Below are positions 45,541 through 55,380 of a stretch of 64,000 bases of DNA, in pieces. The notes below the pieces were generated by a model. That model saw only the letters and a program-made list of their open reading frames with translations. It did no database searches and was not told where the DNA came from. A program made the position numbers and the translations under genes. Source of the stretch: an uncultured Victivallales bacterium. GTDB lineage: Bacteria > Verrucomicrobiota > Kiritimatiellia > UBA8416 > CAZASC01. Position 1 is the stretch's first letter; each line of letters begins with the position of its first letter. The stretch lies in contig CAZASC010000001.1 of NCBI GenBank assembly GCA_964487695.1, forward strand, positions 43,570 through 107,569, in the 5' to 3' direction.

Positions 45541-46779
45541 TTACTCCGCGGCAGGAGCGGCTTCGACCTGCTCCTCTTCCTGTATCTGAATCCCGTGCAT
45601 TTCGGCGAGGCAATCGTTCAGTATATCGAGCGCTTCTTCGAGTTCGTTATCGCTAACATTCAGCGGAGGCAGGAAACGCACAACATTATCGCCAGCCGTC
45701 AAAGTGAGAAGCCCCATGTCTGTCAGTTTTTCGACCAATGGTTTCGCCGGCTGATCGAGTACCATTCCCAGCATCAAACCTTTTCCGCGAACTTCTTTGA
45801 CATGCTCGTATTTCTCAACGAACGATTCGAGCCCTTCCTTGAAGAGGTCACCTGCGCGTCTGGCCTTGGTGACAAGCCCTTCCATCTGGATGACATCGAG
45901 CGTGGCAAGTGCAGCCGCGCACGCCAGCGGCGTGCCGCCAAACGTACTGGCATGTTTGCCAGGCTGGAATACATCCGCAAGCTTCTTGTTGCTGACGATC
46001 GCACCGATCGGATATCCGTTGCCCAGCGATTTCGCCAGCGAGAATGCATCTGGTTCAACGCCTGATGCCTGAAAAGCGCACCAATGACCGGTCCGCCCCA
46101 TGCCGCACTGGACTTCATCGCAAAGCATCAGCAAATCCTTGTCGTCACACAGTTTCCGCAGGCCTTTCATGAATTCGTTCGTTGCAGGAATAACTCCGCC
46201 TTCGCCCTGAACCGCCTCAACGAGCACTGCAACAGTTTTGTCGGTTATTAACGCGGCCACCGAATCGAGATTGTTGTATTCGGCATAAAGAGAGAAGCCA
46301 TCCGGCATTGGCTCAAAGCCCTTCTGTATCTTGTCCTGCCCCGTCGCCGCGGCTGTTGCCAGCGTTCGCCCGTGGAACGAGTTCTTCATGGTAATGACCT
46401 GATACTTGCCCTTGTCGTGTCCCCAGAGTCTGGCAAGTTTAATCAATCCCTCATTGGCCTCAGCGCCGGAATTGCAGAAGAACACCTTCCCGTGAAGAGC
46501 CATGCCGGAGAGCTTTTCGGCCAGCTTTGCCTGATTCTCGTTAAAGAAAATGTTGGAAACATGCACGAGCGTTCCAGCTTGGTTCCGAATTACATCAACA
46601 ACGTGCGGATGGCAATGCCCCACGTTGCAAACGGAGATTCCAGCCATGAAATCCAGATATACCTTGCCTTCGGAATCCCAGACTTTCGTTCCCTTGCCCT
46701 TCACCAGAACAAGACTCTGGGCATACGTGTGCATCACAAATTTTTCGTACAATCCAATAATGTCTTCTTTTTTACTCAT
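45541..46779 (-). CDS. argD: acetylornithine aminotransferase
   Basis: It shows the class III aminotransferase pattern (NSGAEANEGLIKLAR, DEVQCGMGRTG, SLAKSLGNG with the PLP lysine). Confidence 0.9.
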   Translation of the reverse strand: MSKKEDIIGLYEKFVMHTYAQSLVLVKGKGTKVWDSEGKVYLDFMAGISVCNVGHCHPHVVDVIRNQAGTLVHVSNIFFNENQAKLAEKLSGMALHGKVFFCNSGAEANEGLIKLARLWGHDKGKYQVITMKNSFHGRTLATAAATGQDKIQKGFEPMPDGFSLYAEYNNLDSVAALITDKTVAVLVEAVQGEGGVIPATNEFMKGLRKLCDDKDLLMLCDEVQCGMGRTGHWCAFQASGVEPDAFSLAKSLGNGYPIGAIVSNKKLADVFQPGKHASTFGGTPLACAAALATLDVIQMEGLVTKARRAGDLFKEGLESFVEKYEHVKEVRGKGLMLGMVLDQPAKPLVEKLTDMGLLTLTAGDNVVRFLPPLNVSDNELEEALDILNDCLAEMHGIQIQEEEQVEAAPAAE

Positions 46780-47650
46780 CGCTAACGATCTCCGTGCCTA
46801 CTCCTTTGTCAGTCAAAATCTCCAGCAATAACGAATGAGGCATCCGCCCATCAATTATGTGGACCTTTCTCACACCGGCGTGCAAGGCGTCAACCCCGCT
46901 CTGAACTTTTGGAAGCATTCCGCCGTCAATGACTCCTCTCGAAATCAACTCTTCAACTTCTCCAACTTTCAGCGTCGCCATGATTGATCCAGGATCGTCC
47001 TGATCCCTGAGCAATCCCGGAACATCAGATAGAAACGCCAGTTTCCTGGCCTTCAATGCTTTTGCCACCGCAGCCGCGGCGGAGTCGGCATTAATATTGT
47101 ATAATTTGCCGTCCGGCCCCCTTCCGATCGGAGTGATAACAGGAATAATCTCATCATTCAGAAGCTTCCTTATCGGACCGGTGTCAACGCCGTGCGGCTC
47201 ACCGACAAACCCGAAATCTATCCTGTCCCCAGTCTGAATGTCCATTTCTTCCTTCTTGATGACAGTGAAAATTTCCTCCCCGTAAAGCGCTTCGGCCCGG
47301 GCACCCATCCTGCAAAGCGCCGACACGATTTCCGGATTAATTTCTTTGTTCATCACTTCATGAACAACTTGAATGGTCTTCTCGCATGTTACACGCAATC
47401 CCTTGACAAATTTCGCCTCAATCCCCTTTGCCTTCATTGCCCTGGATATCGCTTTGCCGCCCCCATGCACAACGACAGGCAGCATGTCAACGCACTCCAT
47501 GAACGTGATATCGGCGAGGACTTTCTCCGTGTTCGATTTGTTTTCCATCGCGCTTCCGCCGAACTTGACTACGATGATTTCCCCCCTGAAGCGTTGCATA
47601 TAGGGCAGCGCCTCAATCAAGACTTCAGCTTTCTCGATGAATTTTTGCAT
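46772..47650 (-). CDS. argB: acetylglutamate kinase
   Basis: Motifs are VVKFGGSAM, VVVHGGG and NINADSAA. Confidence 0.9.
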   Translation of the reverse strand: MQKFIEKAEVLIEALPYMQRFRGEIIVVKFGGSAMENKSNTEKVLADITFMECVDMLPVVVHGGGKAISRAMKAKGIEAKFVKGLRVTCEKTIQVVHEVMNKEINPEIVSALCRMGARAEALYGEEIFTVIKKEEMDIQTGDRIDFGFVGEPHGVDTGPIRKLLNDEIIPVITPIGRGPDGKLYNINADSAAAAVAKALKARKLAFLSDVPGLLRDQDDPGSIMATLKVGEVEELISRGVIDGGMLPKVQSGVDALHAGVRKVHIIDGRMPHSLLLEILTDKGVGTEIVSDE

Positions 47651-47681
47651 GGTTCTTTCTTCTACGGTGATGTACGGCGTC

Positions 47682-48899
47682 TCAAGTCATGTATTCAGAA
47701 TTGATCTTTACATATTCTTCGCTGCAGTCGCAGGTGTATACGACGTCGCTGCCTTTGCCCAGATGCAGTTCTATGTCCAAGACGAAGCTTTTTCGTGCAA
47801 TGACTTCTTCCAAATCCTTTATGGACACGTCAGGATTGGCACGGCCTCCTTTTACTGCAAGCAATCCATCATAGCTGATATCAATCAGCTCTTCCTTCAC
47901 ATCCGCGCCTGAATAGCCCACGGCATCGATCACGCGCCCCCAATTGGGATCGCCGCCGAACCATGATGTTTTCACAAGCAGAGAATTGGCCACTGCGCGC
48001 GCTGCTTTGTGCGCACCGTCGTCCGAGGCTGCACTTTTGACTGTGACGGTGACGAATTTCGTAGCACCCTCGCCATCCTTGGCTATCTTCACAGCCAGTT
48101 CTCTGGCAACATCTTCAACCGCATCGGTAAACGTTTTCCAATCCGGATGGTTTTCGTTAAGCGCGCCATTGCCAGCCGTGCCATTGGCCATAAAAAGCAC
48201 CGTGTCATTGCAACTTTGGTCGCCGTCGATGGTTACCCTGTTGAAACTCTTCCCCACAGCCGTAGAAAGGCATTTCTGGAGAGCCCTGGATTCCACTGCG
48301 GCGTCCGTTGTCAGAAACGCCAGCATCGTCGCCATGTTAGGCTCTATCATGCCGGCGCCCTTCGCCATGCCGCCGATCCTCACGATGCGACCGTCAATCG
48401 TCAATTCCACAGCATACTGCTTATCAACGGTGTCAGTGGTCATTATCGCTTTTGCTGCGGTCTGCCCGCCGGTTTCCGAAAGGGAGAGCACAGCCGCCTT
48501 TATACCTGCATCAATTCTGTCCATCGGCAGAGGAATTCCGATTGTGCCAGTGGAGCATACGAAGACGACCTTCTCGTCGATACCAAGCTCTTTTGCTGCG
48601 CACAAAGCCATGAGTTCTGCGTCAACCAGTCCCTGTGGGCCAGTGCAGGCGTTGGCGCAGCCGCTGTTGACAACTATCGCGCGCGCCTTTCGTCCCGCAA
48701 TTCTCTGCCTGCACAGCTTGACATGTGAGCCTTGGATCTTGTTGGTTGTGAAAGTTCCGGCGATTGCAGCATCCTGCAAAGACACGATCATGGCGAGGTC
48801 GAGCTTTGTGCCTTTCCCCTTTATTCCGGCATGGACACCGGAAGCGGTGAATCCCTGCGGTGCCGTTACGCCACCCTCAATTTTTACCAGCTTGCCCAT
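47682..48899 (-). CDS. argJ: bifunctional glutamate N-acetyltransferase / amino-acid acetyltransferase
   Basis: The ArgJ autoprocessing region is PNMATMLAFLTTDA, and the C-terminus is CDCSEEYVKINSEY. Confidence 0.9.
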   Translation of the reverse strand: MGKLVKIEGGVTAPQGFTASGVHAGIKGKGTKLDLAMIVSLQDAAIAGTFTTNKIQGSHVKLCRQRIAGRKARAIVVNSGCANACTGPQGLVDAELMALCAAKELGIDEKVVFVCSTGTIGIPLPMDRIDAGIKAAVLSLSETGGQTAAKAIMTTDTVDKQYAVELTIDGRIVRIGGMAKGAGMIEPNMATMLAFLTTDAAVESRALQKCLSTAVGKSFNRVTIDGDQSCNDTVLFMANGTAGNGALNENHPDWKTFTDAVEDVARELAVKIAKDGEGATKFVTVTVKSAASDDGAHKAARAVANSLLVKTSWFGGDPNWGRVIDAVGYSGADVKEELIDISYDGLLAVKGGRANPDVSIKDLEEVIARKSFVLDIELHLGKGSDVVYTCDCSEEYVKINSEYMT

Positions 48900-49115
48900 T
48901 TCAGTCCCGCCATTTCATTCTTTCGTGATCATTTAAAAAAAGAGCGCCTTACTATCCGACATTAAGCCCACAAAGTCGAACAGAAAAATCAGACTGCGCA
49001 TCGTTTTAGAGATAACATGGCTTTTCGGACTGGCGTCAGGTCATTGTGAAGGACAAGTGAAACCATCGTCCGGCAAAAGAGAAAGACCAGATATTGTTAT
49101 CAGTATCTGTCACCA

Positions 49116-49541
49116 TCAAGCGGGCTTCTTCCCGCCCACAGTTTCCAGCATATGCTCGCAAGCCGGACATGCGCCATGATCGACTTCCATAGGATAGTTG
49201 CGAACGAAGAATTCCTCAACGTGTTCCCAGCTCCCATCATCGTGCATTACTCTATGGCAATAGACGCACGTCATCAGCATCCGGCCGATCACAGCTCTCT
49301 GTCTCTCATATGTGTGCCCTACCGTGACAATACCCGCCGTTATGATTGCCGCCGACAGCACACAGACACGATAGAAACTGAAAGGAGTGGATTCCGCGTC
49401 GAACATGAATCTTGGAAGGTCAATTATCTCGCTCGCCCAGACAAAGCACAACAACAGCACAAAAGACATGAGTTGCCAGAATGCCACGCTTGAAAAAGCG
49501 TCCTTGGTCGACAACTTCATTCTCACTTTCATTTCTTTCAT
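49116..49541 (-). CDS. small two-TM membrane protein with a C-terminal Cys4 zinc-ribbon-like module
   Basis: There are two hydrophobic helices, then CVYCHRVMHDDGSWEHVEEFFVRNYPMEVDHGACPACEHML. I chose ATG 49541; the track's TTG 49616 is the alternative. Confidence 0.5.
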   Translation of the reverse strand: MKEMKVRMKLSTKDAFSSVAFWQLMSFVLLLCFVWASEIIDLPRFMFDAESTPFSFYRVCVLSAAIITAGIVTVGHTYERQRAVIGRMLMTCVYCHRVMHDDGSWEHVEEFFVRNYPMEVDHGACPACEHMLETVGGKKPA

Positions 49542-49688
49542 CGTATGTCCCCACGTTTCGGAGCCTCGATCGAATCCCGTCGTGTCAAGGCTCGATTGAC
49601 AAGCTCTATTGCGCAAATACTCCTACGGATTGCGCAAGTCAAGTTTTCCTGATTGCACTCCTCTGCCGATCCGGATAGATGTGAATTC

Positions 49689-50540
49689 ATGAAAGCGAAA
49701 CCAGATTGCATAGTTTGTATGATGCGGCAGGCGCTGAACACAGCAAGAATGGCCTCTAACGATCCGGCGATCCATCTGAAGATTGTGAAGCAGGCTGCAA
49801 AGCTTGTGCCAGGACTGTCACTCAACCAGACTCCGGCCAGGCTTTCGCAACCCGTTTACGATCTTGCTGCTGAGATTACCTGCAATAAAGATCCGTACCG
49901 ACTGGCGAAAAGAGAAAGCAATCGTATTGCAATGCGACTCGCACCAGAGTTGAAGAAGTCGATCGAGAAATCGTCCGATCCGTTATACTCGGCCTTACAT
50001 GTTGCCGTTGCTGGAAACATCATTGATCTCGGCATCGGCCATAAATTCGACATCGAACGCGACGTCCTAAGCATCATGAAACAGAAATTCGCAGTTGATT
50101 CCACCAGGATATTCCGGAAGGAACTCAAACGCGGCAAAACACTCCTCTATATCGGAGACAACGCCGGCGAAATAGTGTTCGACAAACTCCTGATCGAACA
50201 AATCCTGCCGATGGGCGTTGAAGTCATCTTTGCGGTCAAGTCCGCACCGATAATCAATGACGCGGTAATGCGAGACGCAAAAGAAACTGGCATGACAAAA
50301 CTCGTCAAAGTGATTACCACCGGCTCGAACGATATCGGGGTCAACTGGCCAAACACATCAACGGAGTTCAAGAAAGCATTTGCAACCGCCGATGCTATTC
50401 TATGCAAAGGTCACGGCAATTTCGAAACTTGTCATGACAGACATGAGAATCTCTACTTCCTGCTGAAAGTCAAATGCGACATGGTCGCCGAGGAAATCGG
50501 CGTCAAGTTGGGCGACATCGTATTTACGAAAGGCAACTGA
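49689..50540 (+). CDS. DUF89 (ARMT1-like damage-control phosphatase) family protein
   Basis: Features are the N-terminal CIVCMMRQ, the metal-site-like YIGDNAGEIVFD and ILCKGHGNFE. I chose ATG 49689 over TTG 49653. Confidence 0.7.
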   Translation: MKAKPDCIVCMMRQALNTARMASNDPAIHLKIVKQAAKLVPGLSLNQTPARLSQPVYDLAAEITCNKDPYRLAKRESNRIAMRLAPELKKSIEKSSDPLYSALHVAVAGNIIDLGIGHKFDIERDVLSIMKQKFAVDSTRIFRKELKRGKTLLYIGDNAGEIVFDKLLIEQILPMGVEVIFAVKSAPIINDAVMRDAKETGMTKLVKVITTGSNDIGVNWPNTSTEFKKAFATADAILCKGHGNFETCHDRHENLYFLLKVKCDMVAEEIGVKLGDIVFTKGN

Positions 50541-50558
50541 CGCCAGTAGCCGAAGGCT

Positions 50559-52610
50559 GTGAAGATCAAGATGTTATTCCAATGCTCGCTCCTTATGATC
50601 GCGCTTGTTGTTGCCTTTTCCGGTAGGGCTGTAGCGGGCAATTCGAACGTAACAATTACTGTCAACGCCCAGGCAAACCAGCATGCGATTGATCCTCGCA
50701 TCTATGGCGTTGCCTTCGCCAGCTCAACCGACTTGTTGGATCTCAACTGTCCGCTCAATCGCTCCGGCGGCAACAGCACAACCCGTTACAATTGGCAGAC
50801 CAATGCGTCAAACCATGCCGCAGACTGGTATTTTGAGAGCATTGACGACGGCAGTCCGACGCCGGGCGCCAGCGCCGATTCCTTTATTTCTAACAGCAAG
50901 ACCGGAGGCGCCGAACCGCTCCTGACAATCCCGATGATCGGCTGGGTCGCAAATCTAGCGCCGGGCCGTAATAAACTATGGAGCTACTCGATCTTCAAGT
51001 ATGGGCCGCAGACCGGAAGCGATTCGCAGTGGTGCCCCGACGCCGGCAACGGCGCGCTACAGAGCACGGGACAAAACATCACGAATAACGATCCGAACGA
51101 CGCCAGTGTTCTAACCGATTCAACTTTTCAACAGAATTGGGTGAGACACCTGACCAACAGATGGGGTGCGGCGGCGAACGGCGGAGTGAAATACTACATA
51201 CTCGATAACGAGCACAGCATCTGGCACGGCACTCACAGTGACGTACACCCGGTAGGTGCTACGATGGAGGAAATCAGAAACAAGATGATTGATTTTGCCG
51301 GCAAAATCAAAGCTGTTGAATCCAACGCGATCGTCGTAGGCCCGGAGGAATGGGGCTGGAGCGGATACCTGCTCAGCGGTTACGATCAATGGTACGGCCC
51401 GTCTCACGGCTGGAGTTCACCAGACAGAAACGCGCATGGCGGAATGGATTACATGCCATGGCTGCTCGATCAACTGCGCCAGACGAACAACATCACAGGC
51501 CAGCGCCTGCTGGATGTCTTCAGCCTGCACATCTATCCGCAGGGCGGCGAGTTTGGCAACGACGTATCCACTTCAATGCAATTGCTCCGCAATCGCTCAA
51601 CACGTTCGTTGTGGGACTCCAATTACGTTGACGAGACATGGATCAATACGCAGGTCGAACTCATCCCGCGTATGAAGAATTGGGTGAACACATATTACCC
51701 CGGCACGAAGATCGCCATCACGGAATACAACTGGGGCGCGGAAGGTTATATCAACGGCGCAACTGCTCAAGCTGATATTCTCGGCATTTTCGGTCGGGAA
51801 GGACTGGACATCGCCACCCGATGGACCACTCCGGCATCCAACACTCCAACCTACCTGGCGATAAAAATATTCCGCAACTACGATGGCGCAAATTCAACTT
51901 TCGGTGACATGAGCATTCTGTCCACCGCAAGCATCAGCGCGGACTGCGTATCGTCGTTTGCCGCAACACGCTCATCCGACGGCGCCATGACCATTATGGT
52001 CATCAACAAGATGCTTTCCGATATCGCTACTATCAAAATCAATCTTACAAATTTCAATACGGCCGCCACAGGTCAAGTCTGGCAATTGACTTCGGCAACC
52101 GCAATCCAACATCTCGCCAATGTGTCTCTGAGCGGTAAAGTAATCACTACAGATGTTCCCGCCCAGAGCATTACGCTTTTTGTGGTTCCATCAGCGTCTG
52201 CGGGTTCCGGGGATGGCATTCCAGATAATTGGAAGCTTCATTATTTCAACAGCACCAACGCCGTCAACGGCGGCGCCACGAACGACTGGGATCACGACGG
52301 CATGCACAATCTCGACGAATACATCGCCGGCACTGATCCGACAAACGCGAACAGCCGCTTCACGCTGCTGATTGGTCAGACCAACGGCAGTGTGGATGTG
52401 CGTTTCCCCGCTTTGCTTGCCGATTCGAACTATTGCCCCGGTCTGACCAGGTACTATCTTTTGGAGTACTCAACCAATCTGTTGTTATCCAACGGCTGGA
52501 TTGGCCTTCAGAACTACACCAACATTGCCGCTTCCGGCCAGACCATCATCTACACCAACATCGCCCCTTACGCCCAACGCTTTTACCGCGCCAAAGTCTG
52601 GCTTAAGTAG
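50559..52610 (+). CDS. secreted glycoside hydrolase, probably family 44, with a C-terminal TSP3-like Ca-binding repeat region
   Basis: A signal peptide is present. IYGVAF...NRSGGNSTTRYNWQTNASNHAADWYFE and ITEYNWGAE resemble GH44 catalytic-domain motifs. The C-terminal part contains DWDHDGMHNLDEYIAGTDPTNANS. Confidence 0.6.
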   Translation: MKIKMLFQCSLLMIALVVAFSGRAVAGNSNVTITVNAQANQHAIDPRIYGVAFASSTDLLDLNCPLNRSGGNSTTRYNWQTNASNHAADWYFESIDDGSPTPGASADSFISNSKTGGAEPLLTIPMIGWVANLAPGRNKLWSYSIFKYGPQTGSDSQWCPDAGNGALQSTGQNITNNDPNDASVLTDSTFQQNWVRHLTNRWGAAANGGVKYYILDNEHSIWHGTHSDVHPVGATMEEIRNKMIDFAGKIKAVESNAIVVGPEEWGWSGYLLSGYDQWYGPSHGWSSPDRNAHGGMDYMPWLLDQLRQTNNITGQRLLDVFSLHIYPQGGEFGNDVSTSMQLLRNRSTRSLWDSNYVDETWINTQVELIPRMKNWVNTYYPGTKIAITEYNWGAEGYINGATAQADILGIFGREGLDIATRWTTPASNTPTYLAIKIFRNYDGANSTFGDMSILSTASISADCVSSFAATRSSDGAMTIMVINKMLSDIATIKINLTNFNTAATGQVWQLTSATAIQHLANVSLSGKVITTDVPAQSITLFVVPSASAGSGDGIPDNWKLHYFNSTNAVNGGATNDWDHDGMHNLDEYIAGTDPTNANSRFTLLIGQTNGSVDVRFPALLADSNYCPGLTRYYLLEYSTNLLLSNGWIGLQNYTNIAASGQTIIYTNIAPYAQRFYRAKVWLK

Positions 52611-52844
52611 AAGTGGAAAATCGTAACTGGCGTAAAAAATCTCTGTTTTCAAGCTTGCGTATCGGATGATTCCTGTTATCGTGCGAAGCTTTTGTTGGGT
52701 TCCCTGCGCGCCCTTGCGGCGTAAAACGGGAACGGAAGCGAGCGTCTTCCCCAGCCACACGGGGGAAGACCAAAGCGGATTATTACTGGGCACAACGATT
52801 CGTGGCATCACGAACGGGTGTCTTATGAAATGAAGGAGGTTATT

Positions 52845-53879
52845 GTGGCAGATACGGATACTGTTGTAACTGCGGAGATCAACATCAAGGACCTGCTTGA
52901 CGCGGGTTTGCACTTCGGTCATCAAACCAAACGCTGGAACCCCAAGATGAAGCGCTACATTTTCGACAAGCGCAATGGGATTCACATCATAGACCTGACG
53001 AAAAGTCTCGTGAAGCTCAAGGAAGCTCAGAACTTTGTACATGACCTCGTAGCGTCCGGCAAGAGTCTACTCTTTGTCGGTACGAAAAAACAGGCTCAGC
53101 AGGTCATACTCGAAGCGGCCACTGCCTGCGGACAGCCTTACGTTACAACCCGCTGGCTCGGCGGCACACTGACCAATGCCACGACCATTCGCAAGAGCAT
53201 CAAGCACATGCGCGAAGTCGAAGCCATAGTCAAAGGCGATGGTTTCGCGTCCATGCACAAGAAGGAAGCTTCCAGACTCCGCAATGAATTGGAAAAGCTT
53301 CAACGCAATCTGACCGGCATTATGAACATGTCGAACCTGCCTGGCGCGCTTTTCGTCGTGGATATCCAGCGCGAGGCGATAGCCGTAGCCGAGGCCAACA
53401 GACTGCATATTCCAGTGATCGCCATAGTTGACACAAACTGCGATCCGGACCCTATTAACTGTCCAATACCTGGTAATGACGACTCGATTCGAGCCATCAA
53501 GCTTATCACGAACGCGATTGCCGCCACGGTCAAGCAAGCGGCAGCGGAGTATGCACAGTACGCAGCCGAGTTGGCAAAGAAGAGAGAGGCCGAAAGAGCC
53601 GCTGCGGAAGAAGCCTCCAGGAAAGCTGCCGAAAGGGCCAAGGAAGAAAAGGCGGAAAAAGCAGCGGCTAAAAAACGTGCCGCCAAGGACACAACTCCGG
53701 AAACCGTGGAGACAGACAAGGATAAAGCTGTCGGCGAGAAAAAGCCTGCACGATCCGCAAAAACTGCGAAGCCTGCACCAAAAGATGGCGATGCCAGGAA
53801 TGAGGATGGAGCCGCCGGAGAACCGGCAAAAGCGCATGCCACCCATGCGGAAAAGAAAGAACCAGAACAAAAAGCGTAA
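52845..53879 (+). CDS. rpsB: 30S ribosomal protein S2 with a long Lys/Ala/Glu-rich C-terminal extension
   Basis: Motifs are [19 protein letters not shown] and [31 protein letters not shown]. The start is GTG 52845, 5 nt after AAGGAGG; the track's ATG 52818 is the alternative. Confidence 0.9.
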   Translation: MADTDTVVTAEINIKDLLDAGLHFGHQTKRWNPKMKRYIFDKRNGIHIIDLTKSLVKLKEAQNFVHDLVASGKSLLFVGTKKQAQQVILEAATACGQPYVTTRWLGGTLTNATTIRKSIKHMREVEAIVKGDGFASMHKKEASRLRNELEKLQRNLTGIMNMSNLPGALFVVDIQREAIAVAEANRLHIPVIAIVDTNCDPDPINCPIPGNDDSIRAIKLITNAIAATVKQAAAEYAQYAAELAKKREAERAAAEEASRKAAERAKEEKAEKAAAKKRAAKDTTPETVETDKDKAVGEKKPARSAKTAKPAPKDGDARNEDGAAGEPAKAHATHAEKKEPEQKA

Positions 53880-53903
53880 TAACAAGCCCGTGGAGATTGA
53901 TTC

Positions 53904-54740
53904 ATGACAGAAATTAGCGCTGAGATGGTCAAGGAATTACGCGACGCCACAAACGTCAGCATGATGGAATGCAAACGCGCCCTCACCGAGGCCGGCGGCG
54001 ACATGGCAAAAGCAACCAAGGTGCTTCGCGAGCGAGGCATGGCGGTTGCCGCAAAGAAAGCATCACGTACTGCGAATCAAGGACTTATAGCCTCGTCCAT
54101 CACTGGCGATGGCAGGACCGGCTCACTCGTTGAGGTCAACTGCGAGACCGATTTTGTCGCTAGAAATCCTGACTTCCAGACTTTTGTCGCCGAACTGGCA
54201 AAGAAAGCCTGTGCAACGGATGGAAATCTTGCCGACGAGGTGAAATCCGATGTCAGCGCCAAGGTCGCCGCGATCGGCGAAAACATCGTTGTGCGCAGGA
54301 ACATCAGATACACGCTGGACGGGGCCGGCAAAATTGCCTCTTACATACATCTAGGAGGCAAAGTCGGCACGTTAATCGAAGTCGGTTGCACAAAAGCCGA
54401 GACGGTCAAGAATGAGGCGTTTGAAGAATTGGCGAAAGACCTGACGCTCCAAATCGCGGCATCTAGCCCGAAATGGCTGACTTCAAAAGAGATACCCTCC
54501 GATGTCATTGCTTCCGAGCGAGAGATATACGCCAAGCAGGTTACAGGAAAGCCTGCGAACATCGTGGACAAGATTGTTGATGGCAAGCTGAAGAAGTTCT
54601 ATTCGGACGTTTGCCTGATGGATCAGCTGTTCGTCAAGGAGCAGAAGCAATCCATAACACAGCTTCTTGAGGCCAAAGGCAAACAAATCAGCGATACGAT
54701 CACAATCAAGCGATTTGTCCGGTACCAGGTGGGCGTCTAA
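53904..54740 (+). CDS. tsf: translation elongation factor Ts
   Basis: The UBA-like N-terminus is VKELRDATNVSMMECKRALTEAGGDMAKA and the EF-Ts core includes VEVNCETDFVARN. Confidence 0.95.
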   Translation: MTEISAEMVKELRDATNVSMMECKRALTEAGGDMAKATKVLRERGMAVAAKKASRTANQGLIASSITGDGRTGSLVEVNCETDFVARNPDFQTFVAELAKKACATDGNLADEVKSDVSAKVAAIGENIVVRRNIRYTLDGAGKIASYIHLGGKVGTLIEVGCTKAETVKNEAFEELAKDLTLQIAASSPKWLTSKEIPSDVIASEREIYAKQVTGKPANIVDKIVDGKLKKFYSDVCLMDQLFVKEQKQSITQLLEAKGKQISDTITIKRFVRYQVGV

Positions 54741-54753
54741 TCGCGATTCGGGC

Positions 54754-55380
54754 ATGAACAGCAGTACGAGATCGAGATTGTACTTTGTCACATTCCTGAC
54801 GTTTGTCAGGTTTCCGCTTGTACTGCTATTCTTTGTGGCGGCGTTGGTGAATGCATGGCATTACGAGACATGGCTCTTTTCGTTGGCTCTTGGCTCCCTG
54901 ATAACTTCCGCCGTCACCGACATGTTCGACGGCTACTTCGCACGAAGATTCGATGTAGTGACCGGCTTCGGCGAACATGCCGATCCACTCATGGATAAGT
55001 TTTACTATCTGGTAACACTGCCCCTGTTGGTCTTCCTGGCCGCCAAGAATGACCACGAGCAACACGCTGTTGTATTACTGGTAATGACACTGCTGTTTCT
55101 CATACGCGATCAGTGGGTCACTTTCCTGCGGTCAATTGGCTCCATGTACAACGTGAGCGGCGGGGCTAACTGGGCAGGCAAACTGAGGACAATCCTTAAT
55201 TTTCCGCTGATATGCACGATTTATCATGTCGAAGGATGCCGCTTCCAATTTGTTCCGCTGAACTTGCTGTATTGCTATGAAGCTCTGGGCGTGCTCATGA
55301 CACTTTTATCCATCTATATCTACACCCGCAACTACTGGCCCAGCCTTATCAAGTCAGCGCAGCCCAAGAACCAGTCATAG
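54754..55380 (+). CDS. CDP-alcohol phosphatidyltransferase family protein
   Basis: The stretch DMFDGYFARRFDVVTGFGEHADPLMD fits DGx2ARx7-8Gx3Dx3D, and the protein is polytopic. I chose ATG 54754 after the tsf stop. Confidence 0.8.
   Translation: MNSSTRSRLYFVTFLTFVRFPLVLLFFVAALVNAWHYETWLFSLALGSLITSAVTDMFDGYFARRFDVVTGFGEHADPLMDKFYYLVTLPLLVFLAAKNDHEQHAVVLLVMTLLFLIRDQWVTFLRSIGSMYNVSGGANWAGKLRTILNFPLICTIYHVEGCRFQFVPLNLLYCYEALGVLMTLLSIYIYTRNYWPSLIKSAQPKNQS

Noticed and set aside
45536-45613. TTG-initiated N-terminal extension of argG
   Set aside because: It overlaps the argD coding end and encodes Arg-rich junk. ATG 45535 sits 5 nt after the argD stop and gives the normal N-terminus.
47944-48936. 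330-aa ORF on the plus strand
   Set aside because: It is antisense to argJ. The product is low-complexity Ser/Ala/Pro/Val-rich sequence, whereas the opposite strand carries unmistakable ArgJ motifs.
53067-54040. Two overlapping minus-strand ORFs of 272 and 246 aa
   Set aside because: They are antisense to rpsB and tsf. The purine-rich Lys/Ala/Glu tail of rpsB creates long open antisense frames by composition alone.
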